Positions 1 through 12,922 of a DNA stretch of 64,000 nucleotides are shown in pieces (within the stretch, counting starts at the first letter, position 1; every line of letters starts with the position of its first letter). The stretch lies in the NCBI GenBank assembly GCA_963771175.1, contig CAVYSY010000051.1:96001-160000 (forward strand). Reading direction: 5' to 3'. Source of the stretch: an uncultured delta proteobacterium (GTDB lineage Bacteria; Myxococcota; Myxococcia; Myxococcales; Myxococcaceae). The notes beneath the pieces were generated by a model that was not told where the DNA came from, made no database searches, and saw only the letters and a list, made by a program, of their open reading frames with translations. The position numbers and the translations under genes are program-made.

Positions 1-1552
1 CGTTGGCCGCGGACTGGGCGGTGGCGGCCAGCGCCGTCTGCGAGGTCGCCATCGAGCCGCTGTCGTCCACGACGAAGAGGAAGTCCACCTTCGGCGAGTT
101 GAGCGTGAAGCTCTCGCACTGCACTCCCGTGGCCTCGCCGAACTGGGCGAGCGCGGAGCCATCCGAGAGATCCTTCACGGAGAAGGCCGCCGGCGTGCCG
201 CGGTTGGCCCCCGTCACGTTCGCCAGGGGCGCCACCGCGATGAGCACCACGAGGCTCTGGGCCGAGCGGTGCACGAACACCGTCTGGAGCCGGAAGTCAC
301 CCATCACACCCGCCGCCGTGCTGCTGAGTCGGCCCGTGCTGCCCGGCACCAGCGCGTCCACGAGCTGGTCGGTGCGACGCTTGAGGTCCGTGCTCGTACC
401 GGCCTGATCATAGAAAGCCTGCACGGCCTGGAAGCCCTCCCAGGTCTTGAAGGTCTGGGCGGTGCGGTTGCGCAGGGTTCCCGTGCCGTTGATGGCGGGC
501 TGCAGCGCTTCCTCGTCGCCGAGCGGGTCGGTGGCGCCCGCGGGCGGAGTGCTGCGGAAGGCAAGGAAGGCGACCTTCGTGGTGGTGTCGTAGCCCACCA
601 GGCCCTTCACCTCGGTGCCCACCTTGATCTGGGTGATCTCGTCGAAGGAGGGGGGCAGCGCCAGCTTGATGTCCGCTCCGTCGGCCGACTGGAAGCTCAC
701 CGGGCGCAGGTTCTCCGCGGTGCACACCTGGCCGACCGGGCCCGTCGTGTCGGTGCCGTTCTGGGGATCCAACTCACCGGCGTCCACGGTGCCATCCTGG
801 TCGGTGTCCTCGGCGCCGTCCTCCACCCCATCACCGTCGGTATCCGAGTTGGTGGCGTCCGTGGTGGTGCTGGGGTTGGCGTCCGGGCGGAAGATGGTGC
901 TGCAGTTCGCATCGTCCAGGTTGCTGGTGACGCCCCGCTCCACGCCGTCCGAGATGCCGTCGGCATCGGTATCGAAGCGGTGCGGGTCGGTCTCGGAAGA
1001 CTCCCGGGTACCGTTGGCGTTCTGGTCCTCGCCCTTGATGCTCCCCTGGTTCGGGCCGTCGAGCAGACCATCGCAGTCGGTGTCCCGGAGCAGCGGGTGG
1101 GTCTCGGTGTCGTCCACCTTGCCGTTGTGGTTGGTGTCCTCCACGCCGTCCTTCAGGCCGTCACCATCCGAGTCCGCCTTGACCGGGCTCGTCTTCAGCA
1201 CCTCGCTCGCGTCCGGGGGGAGGGTGCAGGAGGTTCCCGCAACCGGGGTGCTGACGCCCACCTCGAGACCGTCCGGGAGCCCGTCGCCGTCGGTGTCCGC
1301 CAGGCCGGGGTTCGTCTTCTGCCCGTCGTACGTCGACTCGAACTCGACCTTGTCGCTCAGGCCGTCGCAGTCGGTGTCCTTCGTGGCGTTGGCCGGGTCG
1401 TTGGGATCCGTGGGCAGCGGCGTGGGGCCTGGATCCGGCTGGCCGGTGCCCGGGTCGGGCGTGCCGGGGTTGGTCGGATCGGAGTTGCACGCGGACGCCG
1501 TCACCAGGCTCATCACGAGCAACGTGGCGCTGAACAGGTGTCGCAGATTCAT
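1..1552 (-). CDS. cglD: CglD-like adventurous gliding lipoprotein, Ca-binding DxDxDG repeats plus vWA domain (3' end outside window)
   Basis: Hand translation from ATG 1552 (not in ORF track because it runs off the edge): MNLRHLFSATLLVMSLVTASAC lipobox, many DTDCDGL/DTDGDG repeats, then KVDFLFVVDDSGSM MIDAS motif. Confidence 0.75.
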   Translation of the reverse strand, partial: MNLRHLFSATLLVMSLVTASACNSDPTNPGTPDPGTGQPDPGPTPLPTDPNDPANATKDTDCDGLSDKVEFESTYDGQKTNPGLADTDGDGLPDGLEVGVSTPVAGTSCTLPPDASEVLKTSPVKADSDGDGLKDGVEDTNHNGKVDDTETHPLLRDTDCDGLLDGPNQGSIKGEDQNANGTRESSETDPHRFDTDADGISDGVERGVTSNLDDANCSTIFRPDANPSTTTDATNSDTDGDGVEDGAEDTDQDGTVDAGELDPQNGTDTTGPVGQVCTAENLRPVSFQSADGADIKLALPPSFDEITQIKVGTEVKGLVGYDTTTKVAFLAFRSTPPAGATDPLGDEEALQPAINGTGTLRNRTAQTFKTWEGFQAVQAFYDQAGTSTDLKRRTDQLVDALVPGSTGRLSSTAAGVMGDFRLQTVFVHRSAQSLVVLIAVAPLANVTGANRGTPAAFSVKDLSDGSALAQFGEATGVQCESFTLNSPKVDFLFVVDDSGSMATSQTALAATAQSAAN

Positions 1553-1818
1553 GAGGGCACTTTCTTCAGAGGGTGTTTCACATCTGTGAAGCCGTCCCCC
1601 CCCCACACGGCTGCCCGCGAATCATACGCCTTTGCCAGGCCTCATTTTCATGTTTCGCTATGCCTGGGATTTTACGACAGCCACCCGGCTGCTTCGTGAG
1701 GGCCCGAGCGAGCGTCTCGGCTCTCTCCCAGGCCCGTCTGTGATGAGGCTCTTCTCAGGAAATGAGAGGCATTGTCGCCCTATTGGAAAGTTCCAATGGG
1801 ACGAGCGAAGCATGTGGC

Positions 1819-3195
<1,377 letters not shown>

Positions 3196-3306
3196 GACTT
3201 CCTCCCGCCCTTGGGGCGCGCGAACCTATACCCCAAGCACGGGCCATGTGCCGTGACGCGCGTTGTTCGGTTCCCGATGGTGACGGAGTGCGTCACCCTT
3301 GGAACT

Positions 3307-3612
3307 CTAACGACCGGAGGCGGCCGAGGCGGCGAACTCCTCCGGCATGAGCGAGCCGAAGAAGGGCAGCTTCCAGCGCTCGCCACCCGGCTGCTCGGAC
3401 TTCGGCCGGGAGAGGGGGCGCAGGCTCAAGCCGACCAGGGACAGCACGCCCAGGGCGATGGCACCCGTGGCCACGTCGCGGAGCATGCGAGGCCAGAGCG
3501 CGCGGACTCCCCACAGGCCAACGGGGACGACATAGACGGGGATGGCGGCGAGGCCCGCGAGCACGAGCCAGCGCCGCTTGTCGGAAACAGCTGTCGAAAG
3601 AGAGGGAACCAT
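3307..3612 (-). CDS. small hypothetical membrane protein
   Basis: MVPSLSTAVSDKRRWLVLAG..., two hydrophobic segments, fills the gap between neighbours. Confidence 0.45.
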   Translation of the reverse strand: MVPSLSTAVSDKRRWLVLAGLAAIPVYVVPVGLWGVRALWPRMLRDVATGAIALGVLSLVGLSLRPLSRPKSEQPGGERWKLPFFGSLMPEEFAASAASGR

Positions 3613-3725
3613 GGTTGCCCTATACGGTGAGAGCGCCTGGGGCCATGGGAAAGGGTCTCTCCGGGGGCAGTTGCACGGAGAGTCGTAGGACGGACAAGCC
3701 GCCCTGGAGGGCGAGGGGCCGGGAA

Positions 3726-4403
3726 TCAGTGGCCTTGCTCGTTTCCGAGCCACTCCTGACGACGCTGGTCCTGGGTGCTCTTGCGCGAGAGCGCGTCCTC
3801 GCGCTGCCGGGGAAGCTCCGCCAGGCGGGTGCGGTGCATCTGGATGCTCAGTTCGTACAGGCCCCGCTCCTGCTCGGGAAGCTGGGGTCCGTACTCCTGG
3901 AGCACCAGGCTCGCGAACGCGATGAAGTCTTCCGAGACGCGGCGGCGGTGGTCGTAATACCGGTGGATCTCCTCCTCGGAGGCCGTGTTCGACAGCACCT
4001 TGCCGTAGAGCTCGTTCCATCGCTGGCCCTCCTCGGCGCGCTGCTGGAGCACGCGCGGATCCTTCGTCGGAACGCCGAGCTCCCAGTAGAGGTTGTCGGG
4101 CAGCCGCTCGCGCAGCCGGGCCAGGTCCACCGGGTGTTTGCCCGGGGCCTGCGTGGCGGGCGGGGTGTCGGAGCCCGGTTCGGGTGGGACACCGGCATCG
4201 AGGCCAATGGCGATGGCGGTGCCAGGAGACAGGCGGCTCGGGGGTGCGTCCCCGAGGGGGGCCGCGCTCTTCGCCTCGCGCACGGCTCCGTCTGGCGGGG
4301 TGCGCTCGCTACCGGAGTGCATGACGAGCCACGCGGTGAGCAGTGCGACGGCGGCACCCGCGGCGATCCAGGGAAGAACCTTCGACCGGTGATTCGCGCC
4401 CAT
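3726..4403 (-). CDS. hypothetical membrane-anchored protein (TM, Pro-rich linker, helical domain)
   Basis: MGANHRSKVLPWIAAGAAVALLTAWLV TM, Pro/Ala linker, charged helical C-terminal half. Confidence 0.75.
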   Translation of the reverse strand: MGANHRSKVLPWIAAGAAVALLTAWLVMHSGSERTPPDGAVREAKSAAPLGDAPPSRLSPGTAIAIGLDAGVPPEPGSDTPPATQAPGKHPVDLARLRERLPDNLYWELGVPTKDPRVLQQRAEEGQRWNELYGKVLSNTASEEEIHRYYDHRRRVSEDFIAFASLVLQEYGPQLPEQERGLYELSIQMHRTRLAELPRQREDALSRKSTQDQRRQEWLGNEQGH

Positions 4404-4544
4404 GTCCCCCGAGATACCCGTGCCGCGCGGACTCCGCAACCCGAGGAAGCGCGGATTACAAGGAGGAGTGGGGTATGATGAGATTTCACGGATAGTGTGA
4501 TATGGGCAGGATTTCCATCCACAACCCCCGCTGGAGGAAATCGA

Positions 4545-5858
<1,314 letters not shown>

Positions 5859-5961
5859 GGCAGCATGCGGTTGGCCGCCCCCCTGGAGGCAGGCCATGGG
5901 GTCCTGCCGTGTTGCCTTTGGCGCGCGGCATCCCCACGGGTACGAGACGGGGGGAAGGGCC

Positions 5962-6615
5962 ATGAGGGTCATCGTCTTTGGTGCGACGGGCGGAACGGGC
6001 CGTGCCACGGTGCGGGAGCTGCTGGACGGCGGCCACGAGGTGACGGCGTTCTCGCGGCATTCGGATCAGCTCGACATCTCATCGGAGCGGCTGCACCTGT
6101 GGCGCGGGGACGTGCTGCGCGCCGAGGATGTGGAGCGCGCGGTGTCCGGACAGGACGCGGTGGTGGTGTCTCTCGGGGTGAACGACAACCCGCTGAAGGT
6201 GCGGTTGCTCCACCGGTCGAGCACGCCCGTCAACGTCTGCTCCGAGGGCACCCGACACATCATCGACGCGATGAAGCGGCACGGACTGCGCAGGCTCGTG
6301 GTGGTCTCGGCCTACGGAGTGGGGGAGACGCGCGAGAGGTTGCCCTGGCCCTGGAAGGTGGCCTACCGACTGCTGCTCAAGGAGCAGATGGCCGACAAGG
6401 AGCGTCAGGAGGTGATGGTGCGCAGCAGCGGGCTCGACTGGGTCATCGTCCAGCCGGTGGGGCTCACCGACATGCGACCGAAGGACGAGGTGCTGGCCTC
6501 CGCCGATGGGCAGGTGCGTCACGCCACCATCCCTCGCCGCAACGTGGGGCGCTTCCTGGCCAACGCCGTGACGGGCGACCGGTTCCTCCACCGCTCGGTT
6601 GCCTTGTCGGGTTGA
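5962..6615 (+). CDS. NAD(P)H-binding oxidoreductase (atypical SDR / flavin reductase-like)
   Basis: VFGATGGTG Rossmann motif; SGLDWVIVQP. Confidence 0.9.
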   Translation: MRVIVFGATGGTGRATVRELLDGGHEVTAFSRHSDQLDISSERLHLWRGDVLRAEDVERAVSGQDAVVVSLGVNDNPLKVRLLHRSSTPVNVCSEGTRHIIDAMKRHGLRRLVVVSAYGVGETRERLPWPWKVAYRLLLKEQMADKERQEVMVRSSGLDWVIVQPVGLTDMRPKDEVLASADGQVRHATIPRRNVGRFLANAVTGDRFLHRSVALSG

Positions 6616-6620
6616 GCGGC

Positions 6621-6962
6621 CTACCTCCCGTAGGTCCCGCTCCGGACGTCGACGAGCTTGCCGTTCTCGAACACCACCACCTGCATCAGTCGCTGGGGAC
6701 CGTAGTTGTACGTCCACTCGTCGATGGTCTTCTGGATGACCTGCTCGGTGGTGACGTCGGTCTGCGTCCCCTTGTACTTCTGCTTCACTCCCTCGTACTC
6801 GGTGCGGGTCTCCTTGAACATCGGCTCGCCACACTTGAGGAGGACGTCGACCTTGGAGGCTCCATCCGAGATGAGGTCGCTACCGCAGCGGAGCGAGGCC
6901 GCGTCACCACGGGTCGGGAGGAAGAGCAGCGAGAGGGCCAGGGGCGCGAGCCATGCGCGCAT
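6621..6962 (-). CDS. DUF2845-type secreted protein
   Basis: Signal peptide, LRCGSDLIS-G...VLLKCGEP, EWTYNYGP. Confidence 0.85.
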   Translation of the reverse strand: MRAWLAPLALSLLFLPTRGDAASLRCGSDLISDGASKVDVLLKCGEPMFKETRTEYEGVKQKYKGTQTDVTTEQVIQKTIDEWTYNYGPQRLMQVVVFENGKLVDVRSGTYGR

Positions 6963-7096
6963 CGGACATGCTCCTTCGTGGTCAGGGTTCGGGATGAGCG
7001 AGCCCCTGACGAAATAACCGCGAGAGAAATTCAACGCTTCTTTACCCGAAGGGCCGAGCTTGCCTGGACTCGCTCCCTCTGCGACGGTGCGCCGCC

Positions 7097-7594
7097 ATGA
7101 CGACACGACCGTTTCGCATCCTGGGCCTCCAGCAGGTGGCCATCGGCGGGGCCGACAAGGGGCCCCTGCGCAAGCTGTGGGTCGATCTGCTGGGCCTCGA
7201 GCCCCACGGCACCTACCGCAGCGAGCGCGAGAACGTCGACGAGGACATCGTCGTGGCCGGAGCCGGGCCGTTTCGCGTGGAGGTGGACCTGATGCAGCCG
7301 GTGGACCCCAATGGGAAGCCGCGCGTGCATGACCCCGCGCTCAACCACCTGGGTCTGTGGGTGGACGACCTGAGCACCGCGGTGAGCTGGTTGGAAGGGC
7401 AGGGCGTGCGCTTCGCTCCCGGCGGCATCCGCAAGGGCGCGGCGGGCTTCGATGTGACGTTCATCCATCCGAAGGGGAACGAGCAGTTCCCACTCGGGGG
7501 CGAGGGCGTGCTGATCGAGCTGGTGCAGGCCCCGCCCGAGGTCATCTCCGCCTTCGACGCGTTCGCGAAGGCCGCCAGCGCTCACACGCCGTAG
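7097..7594 (+). CDS. VOC family protein (glyoxalase / methylmalonyl-CoA epimerase-like)
   Basis: [29 protein letters not shown]. Confidence 0.88.
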   Translation: MTTRPFRILGLQQVAIGGADKGPLRKLWVDLLGLEPHGTYRSERENVDEDIVVAGAGPFRVEVDLMQPVDPNGKPRVHDPALNHLGLWVDDLSTAVSWLEGQGVRFAPGGIRKGAAGFDVTFIHPKGNEQFPLGGEGVLIELVQAPPEVISAFDAFAKAASAHTP

Positions 7595-8976
7595 GCCTCC
7601 AGCAGCCGGAGCCACACCTCGCTGACGGAGGGGAAGGCCGGCACGGCGTGCCAGAGGGTGTCGAGCGTCACCTCGCCGGCCACCGCGATGGTGGCCGCGT
7701 GCAGCAGCTCGCCTACCTCGGGGCCCACGAAGGTGGCGCCGAGGAGGACGCGCCGCTGCTCGTCCACCACGAGCTTCACGCCTCCCTCGAAGCCCTGTCC
7801 CAGCAGGGCCGTGCCCGCCACCGAGTCCAGGCCCACCTGCACCGTGCGCACCGGGAGGCCCCGCTGATGGGCCTCGGCTTCGGAGAGGCCCACCGAGGCC
7901 ACCTGCGGGTGGGTGAAGAGCACCTGGGGCGTCGCCCGCGCGTCCGCCCAGGCCTGCACCTGTCGGCCCAGGATGTTGTCGCCCGCGAGCCGGCCCTGGT
8001 ACTTGCCCATGTGCGTGAGGAGGTTGCGCCCGTTCACATCTCCGCACGCGTACAGCCAGCCGCCGTCCACGCCCCGGGCGCGCAGCAGGTCGTCCACCTC
8101 CACCGGGCGGCCCGGTGTCAGTCCCACCGTCTCCAGCCCCACGTCGTCCGTCCGGGCGATGCGGCCCGTCGCCACCAGCAGCTCGTCCGCGCGCAATGTG
8201 TCCCCGGTGTCGAGCTCCACCGTCACCTCGCCCCGGCCGCCGGGGCGGTGGACGCGTGTCACCTGGGTGCTCGTGCGTACCGTGATACCGCTCTCGCGCA
8301 GGGCCTTCTCCACCAGCTCGCGGGCGAAGGGCTCCACGCGCTTGAGGATGTGCTCGCCTCGCTCCACCAGCGTCACCTCCTCCGCGCCCAGCGCTCGCCA
8401 GGCCTGGCTCAGCTCTGTCGCCACCGCGCCGCCGCCCATCACCACCAGCCGTCGGGGAACGTCCTTGGCTCCGGTGCCCTCGCGGTTCGTCCACGGCCTC
8501 GCCTCGCGCAGCCCGGGGAGGTCAGGGATGCGCGGGCGGCTGCCCGTGGCCAGCACCACCGCTCGGCGCGCCGATAGCTTGCGCGTGCCTCCGTCCTTGA
8601 GCGTCACCCCTACAGCGCACGGGCCCGTGAGCCGGCCGTGCCCGCGCACCACCTCCAGCTTCGCGCCGCGCGCCCACTCCGCCTGGGCGCGGTCGTCGTA
8701 GCCGCCGACCAGCTCGTCCCGGCGCGCGAGCACCTCGGAGGCATCGAGTGGCCCCTTCACCGCCTCGCGGACACCGGGCGAGTGCCGGGCCAGCCAGAGC
8801 ACCTCTGGAGGCCGCAGCAGCGCCTTGCTGGGGATGCAGGCCCAATAGGAGCACTCGCCACCGAGCAGCTCCGCCTCCACCAGGGCCACCGACAGTCCCC
8901 CCGAGGCGGCCCGCTCCGCCGCGTTCTCCCCGGTGGGGCCTCCGCCGATGACCACCACATCGAAAGCGTCCGCCAT
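7582..8976 (-). CDS. pyridine nucleotide-disulfide oxidoreductase (lipoamide dehydrogenase family)
   Basis: [21 protein letters not shown] redox disulfide, ATGS, YACGD. Confidence 0.92.
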   Translation of the reverse strand: MADAFDVVVIGGGPTGENAAERAASGGLSVALVEAELLGGECSYWACIPSKALLRPPEVLWLARHSPGVREAVKGPLDASEVLARRDELVGGYDDRAQAEWARGAKLEVVRGHGRLTGPCAVGVTLKDGGTRKLSARRAVVLATGSRPRIPDLPGLREARPWTNREGTGAKDVPRRLVVMGGGAVATELSQAWRALGAEEVTLVERGEHILKRVEPFARELVEKALRESGITVRTSTQVTRVHRPGGRGEVTVELDTGDTLRADELLVATGRIARTDDVGLETVGLTPGRPVEVDDLLRARGVDGGWLYACGDVNGRNLLTHMGKYQGRLAGDNILGRQVQAWADARATPQVLFTHPQVASVGLSEAEAHQRGLPVRTVQVGLDSVAGTALLGQGFEGGVKLVVDEQRRVLLGATFVGPEVGELLHAATIAVAGEVTLDTLWHAVPAFPSVSEVWLRLLEAYGV

Positions 8977-9096
8977 CCACCATCTCCGCGTGTCGAGTAC
9001 CCGCAAGGAGTAGGGACTCGCGGTCGGCGGCGCCATGCGGCGCGAGGCGGAGTGTTCATCCAACAGACATCACTTCGCCATCCAGCGTGCTCGGGC

Positions 9097-10065
9097 TCAG
9101 GCCTTGTCGAGAACACCGTTCCGGTAGTCGTCGATGGCTTGCTGGATCTCCTCCCGGGTGTTCATGACGAAGGGGCCGTGCTGGATGATGGGCTCCCGGA
9201 GCGGCCTGGCCGCGGCGACGAGCACCGCGCTGCGCTGGTTCGTCGCGCGAAGGCGGAGCCGCTTGCCGGGGCTGAAGAGGGCGAGCTCGCCCGCGCGCAC
9301 CTTCTTCGTCTTCGCCTCCGGACCCAGGTCGACCTCGCCGCTGTAGACGAACGCGAACGCCGTGTGCTCGCCCGGCAATTCGAGCTCGAACGGCTGGTCA
9401 TCCTCCAGCGTCAGGGTCAACAGGGTCGGCTGTGTCGGGCGCTCGCGCACGGGACCCGCGAGATCGTTCGGCCTGCCAGCGATGACTCGCATCGTGCTCC
9501 CCGCCGACGAGAGCTTCGACTCGGCGAGTCGCTCCGGCCCGAGATCCTGGTAGTAGGCGGGGCACATCTTTTCCTTCGCCGGAAGGTTGATCCAGAGCTG
9601 GAAGCCAGACATCAGCCCCGCTTCCTGCTCTGGCATCTCGGAGTGGATGATGCCGCGTCCCGCCGTCATCCACTGCGAGCCGCCCCCCCGGATGAGCCCC
9701 GAGTTCCCCCGGCTGTCGCGATGCCGCATGTAGCCGTCGAGCATCACCGTCACGGTCTCGAACCCACGGTGCGGATGGGACGGGAAGCCGGCGATGTACG
9801 CGTTCGGGTCGTCCGTGTGGAAGCGGTCGAGCATCAAGAACGGATCGAGGTTCCGCAGCGCGGGCTGGCCGATGACGCGCGTCAGTTGCACGCCAGCGCC
9901 GTCCTTCGTCGGGATGCCAGGCAGTGTCCGCAACACGGTCCGGTCGGACGTGGGGATGTACGCGGGAGCCAGTGTCGCGGACTCGGTTCCGGAGCGGCAT
10001 CCCGCCGCCACGGCCACCGTCGCCAACATCGAGTCAATGAGGAATCGCCGGCGCGTCGTTCTCAT
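9097..10065 (-). CDS. pirin family protein with Tat/lipoprotein signal
   Basis: DPFLMLD, HPHRGFETVT, QWMTAGRGIIHSEMP; N-terminus MRTTRRRFL...VAVAAGC. Confidence 0.93.
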   Translation of the reverse strand: MRTTRRRFLIDSMLATVAVAAGCRSGTESATLAPAYIPTSDRTVLRTLPGIPTKDGAGVQLTRVIGQPALRNLDPFLMLDRFHTDDPNAYIAGFPSHPHRGFETVTVMLDGYMRHRDSRGNSGLIRGGGSQWMTAGRGIIHSEMPEQEAGLMSGFQLWINLPAKEKMCPAYYQDLGPERLAESKLSSAGSTMRVIAGRPNDLAGPVRERPTQPTLLTLTLEDDQPFELELPGEHTAFAFVYSGEVDLGPEAKTKKVRAGELALFSPGKRLRLRATNQRSAVLVAAARPLREPIIQHGPFVMNTREEIQQAIDDYRNGVLDKA

Positions 10066-10134
10066 GGGCGAGGGGATGATAGCTGAACCCGGCACTCCGC
10101 GCCCCCTGCTCGGCCGCACGGGCGCGAGCGTGTA

Positions 10135-11742
10135 TCACCTGGAGTAGTCAGCGGCCTGCGCGGGAGGCGCTCCCTGGGTGAAGCGGCGCAGGTCCGCGCG
10201 GAGCACCTCGTTGAAACGGAACGGCTCGGGGCAGGCCTTCGACTCGCAGACGGCGAGGTAGTCGTTGAAGAAGGCGAGCGCGCCGCGCGAGGAATAGTCA
10301 CGCAGTCGCTCGGGTCCCAGCGCCTCCTCCAGCGTCCAGGCCATGTGGGCTCCGACCCGGACGAAGAGCCAGTCCGACCGGGGCTCGTGGGCGGCGTGGA
10401 TGCGTTCGAGCGCCGCGCGCGGCGCCTTCGCGATGACGCTCCGATCGAGCATCTGTGTCACCTGCTCGAAGGCCGCTGGGAGCTCGCCCGCGCCGGGCAA
10501 GGTCCCCGGCCCTCGCGTGGCCCACTGGTAGTACGCGAGCCCGTAGCCGAAGACGCGTCCCAGGCCCTCGTTCACCACCGAGTCCGTCGAGTCCCTCAGG
10601 CGCGCGCTCACCCGGGCGCCGCCGTTCTCGAGCAGCAGCTCGATGATGCCGTAGGCGATGCGGCGCAGCGAGGCAGCCTGTCCCTCCACGTTGCTCGTCA
10701 GGGTGATCGCCACGTCCTCGCCGGGGAGCAGCAGGAGCAGCGTCGACGTCTCCGGCTGGGCCCCCGAGTGGGCCACCACGTAATGGCCTCGGAGTGGCCA
10801 GGTGGCGAAGCCCATGCCGTAGTCGGTGAGCTTCCCGTCCCGGGTCCACATCGAGGTCTGCATCCGGCCCATGCCGGCGCGTGACACCAGCCGGTAGTCG
10901 AGCAGCGCCCGGGCGAAGCCGAGCAGGTCCTCGATGGAGGCGCGCGTGCCTCCTCCGGCGAAGCGTCCGGACACGTCGATGACGCGCGAGGGCACCCGCT
11001 GCCCGTCCCGAATGCGATAGCCCGATGCGTGGTGCTCGTCGCGCGTGTGGCGGTCATCCAGCGCCGCATGCTCCATCCCGGCGGGCCCGAAGACGTTCGC
11101 CTGGAGGTACTCCGCGTAGCTCTGCCCCGAGCTGGCCTCGATGGCGGCGCCGAGCAGGTTGTACGCCCAGGTGCTGTAGATGAAGCGGGTGCCGGGCTCG
11201 GCCTCCAGCTCGTAACCGGCGACGAGGGCGATCGCGCCCGCGGTATCGACGGGGCCGCTGTCATGGCTCGGGCCGAAGCGGCCGTAGTTCGTCACGCCCC
11301 CGAGGTGCCCGAGGAGCTGCCGCACCGTCACCGGCCAGCGCTTCTCCGGCCAGGTGGGCACCAGCGAGTGGATGTCGGCGTCGAGGTCGAGGCGCCCCTG
11401 CTCCACGAGCTGCATCACGGCCACGGCGGTGAAGGACTTGGTGATGGAGGCCATCCGCCAGGTGGTGCGCGGTGTCGCCGGCAGGTTCCTCGCCACATCG
11501 CGCAGTCCGTAGGTGCCCACCCAGCGGTTGTTGCCGTGCAGCACGCCCACCGCGAGGCCCGCGTGCGGCTCTCGGGAGAGCTCAGCGCGCACGAGTGCCT
11601 CGAAGGTCCGCTGCACCTCCTCGGGGAAGGGCTGCTCTACGTCCGGCGTGGCGGCGCGGGGGCGCTCGCACACCGGCACCCCGTGGGGCGCCGCCCATAC
11701 CGAGAGGCCCAGCAGGAGGACCGGAAGGAGCACCCCCTTCAC
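10135..11742 (-). CDS. secreted serine hydrolase (beta-lactamase/AmpC family) with C-terminal extension
   Basis: ASITK (SxxK), LLGHLGG, FIYSTWAY, HSGA; signal peptide from GTG 11742. Confidence 0.9.
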   Translation of the reverse strand: MKGVLLPVLLLGLSVWAAPHGVPVCERPRAATPDVEQPFPEEVQRTFEALVRAELSREPHAGLAVGVLHGNNRWVGTYGLRDVARNLPATPRTTWRMASITKSFTAVAVMQLVEQGRLDLDADIHSLVPTWPEKRWPVTVRQLLGHLGGVTNYGRFGPSHDSGPVDTAGAIALVAGYELEAEPGTRFIYSTWAYNLLGAAIEASSGQSYAEYLQANVFGPAGMEHAALDDRHTRDEHHASGYRIRDGQRVPSRVIDVSGRFAGGGTRASIEDLLGFARALLDYRLVSRAGMGRMQTSMWTRDGKLTDYGMGFATWPLRGHYVVAHSGAQPETSTLLLLLPGEDVAITLTSNVEGQAASLRRIAYGIIELLLENGGARVSARLRDSTDSVVNEGLGRVFGYGLAYYQWATRGPGTLPGAGELPAAFEQVTQMLDRSVIAKAPRAALERIHAAHEPRSDWLFVRVGAHMAWTLEEALGPERLRDYSSRGALAFFNDYLAVCESKACPEPFRFNEVLRADLRRFTQGAPPAQAADYSR

Positions 11743-11938
11743 CGTGTGTTCCTCCGGGGCTCGTACCCGGCGTGTGTCTCGTCGGCTCTGATGTCGCGAT
11801 GCATGGGGAGAATGCTGGCGGGCTCCACCGTATCCGGATTTCGAACGTGACGGGCGTCTGTGGAGAAAAGGGACAACCCGTGGCGTTGACCGTCCCTTTT
11901 TTCCACGACCTGTCGAGCCTCTCAGAGTGTGTCGGAAG

Positions 11939-11954
11939 TGGAACACGAATTGCT
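11939..11954 (+). promoter_or_regulatory. sigma-54 promoter (-24/-12)
   Basis: TGGAACACGAATTGCT: GG-N10-GC, about 100 nt upstream of ATG 12057. Confidence 0.7.
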
Positions 11955-12056
11955 GAGGCGTGACGGGTTTTACCGCCCGGGTCCTTGGAGTTCCAAGCTC
12001 CTCACCATTCCGAACATCAATCGCTCGCCCCTGGGCGAGTGGGAGGCATACACATC

Positions 12057-12878
12057 ATGAAGCTGTTCAATTCGCTGATGGCCGCGGCACTCGTCCTGTC
12101 CGTGTCCGGCTGCAAGAAGGTGGAGCGCATCGAGGTGAGCCCGGCGACGGTGGCGCTCTCCGAGGCGGGCCAGACGGCCGCCCTGACGGCCCAGGCGCTC
12201 ACCGCGGACGGCGAGCCGGTGGAGAAGGCGCAGTTCGAGTTTGCCTCCAGCGACGAGAAGGTCGCCACCGTGGACGCCACCGGCAAGGTGGTGGCGGTGA
12301 AGAGCGGCTCGGCCAGCATCACCGTGAAGGCCAGCGAGAAGAGCGCCACGGCCGCCGTGGAGGTGAGCATCCCCTCCGCCATCATCATCAAGGGCGCGCC
12401 CTTCGCCCTCACCGGTATCGGCTCGGAGGCGGTGGTGGACGCCGAGGTGCAGGATGACGCGAACCGTCCCGTGAAGGAGGCGAAGCTGGAGTACTCCGTC
12501 GCCGATGCCAACGTGGTGCAGCTCGATGGCAACCGGATGGTGGCCAAGGCCCCCGGCACCGCGACCGTGAAGGCGACGTCCGGCAAGCTGACGCAGACCT
12601 TCGAGGTCACCGTGAAGCTGCCCGAGGTGGACACCGTGGCCTTCGAGACCGTGCCCGCCACCCTGAAGGTGGGTGAGAGCGCGGCGCTGGCCGTGGTGGC
12701 CAAGGGCACCGACGGGGCCGCCATCCAGGGCGTGTCCTTCACCTACTCCAGCAGCGACGAGAAGGTCGCCACCGTGGACGCCACCGGCAAGGTGACGGCC
12801 GTCAAGGCGGGCGCCGTCACCGTCAAGGCCGAGGGTGGCAGCAAGGCCGCCGAGACGAAGCTCACCATCAAGAAGTAG
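12057..12878 (+). CDS. lipoprotein with three bacterial Ig-like (Big_2) domains
   Basis: Lipobox VSGC; repeated SSDEKVATVDATGKV-AVK-G. Confidence 0.9.
   Translation: MKLFNSLMAAALVLSVSGCKKVERIEVSPATVALSEAGQTAALTAQALTADGEPVEKAQFEFASSDEKVATVDATGKVVAVKSGSASITVKASEKSATAAVEVSIPSAIIIKGAPFALTGIGSEAVVDAEVQDDANRPVKEAKLEYSVADANVVQLDGNRMVAKAPGTATVKATSGKLTQTFEVTVKLPEVDTVAFETVPATLKVGESAALAVVAKGTDGAAIQGVSFTYSSSDEKVATVDATGKVTAVKAGAVTVKAEGGSKAAETKLTIKK
12248..12794 (+). repeat. 43-bp identical intragenic direct repeat
   Basis: CAGCGACGAGAAGGTCGCCACCGTGGACGCCACCGGCAAGGTG at 12248-12290 and 12752-12794. Confidence 0.9.
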
Positions 12879-12888
12879 GCAGTCCCCA

Positions 12889-12920
12889 CGCCCGCTCTCC
12901 GCAGCCGTGGAGGGCGGGCG
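12889..12920. terminator. hairpin between convergent genes
   Basis: CGCCCGCTCTCC-loop-GGAGGGCGGGCG. Confidence 0.6.
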
Positions 12921-12922
12921 GT

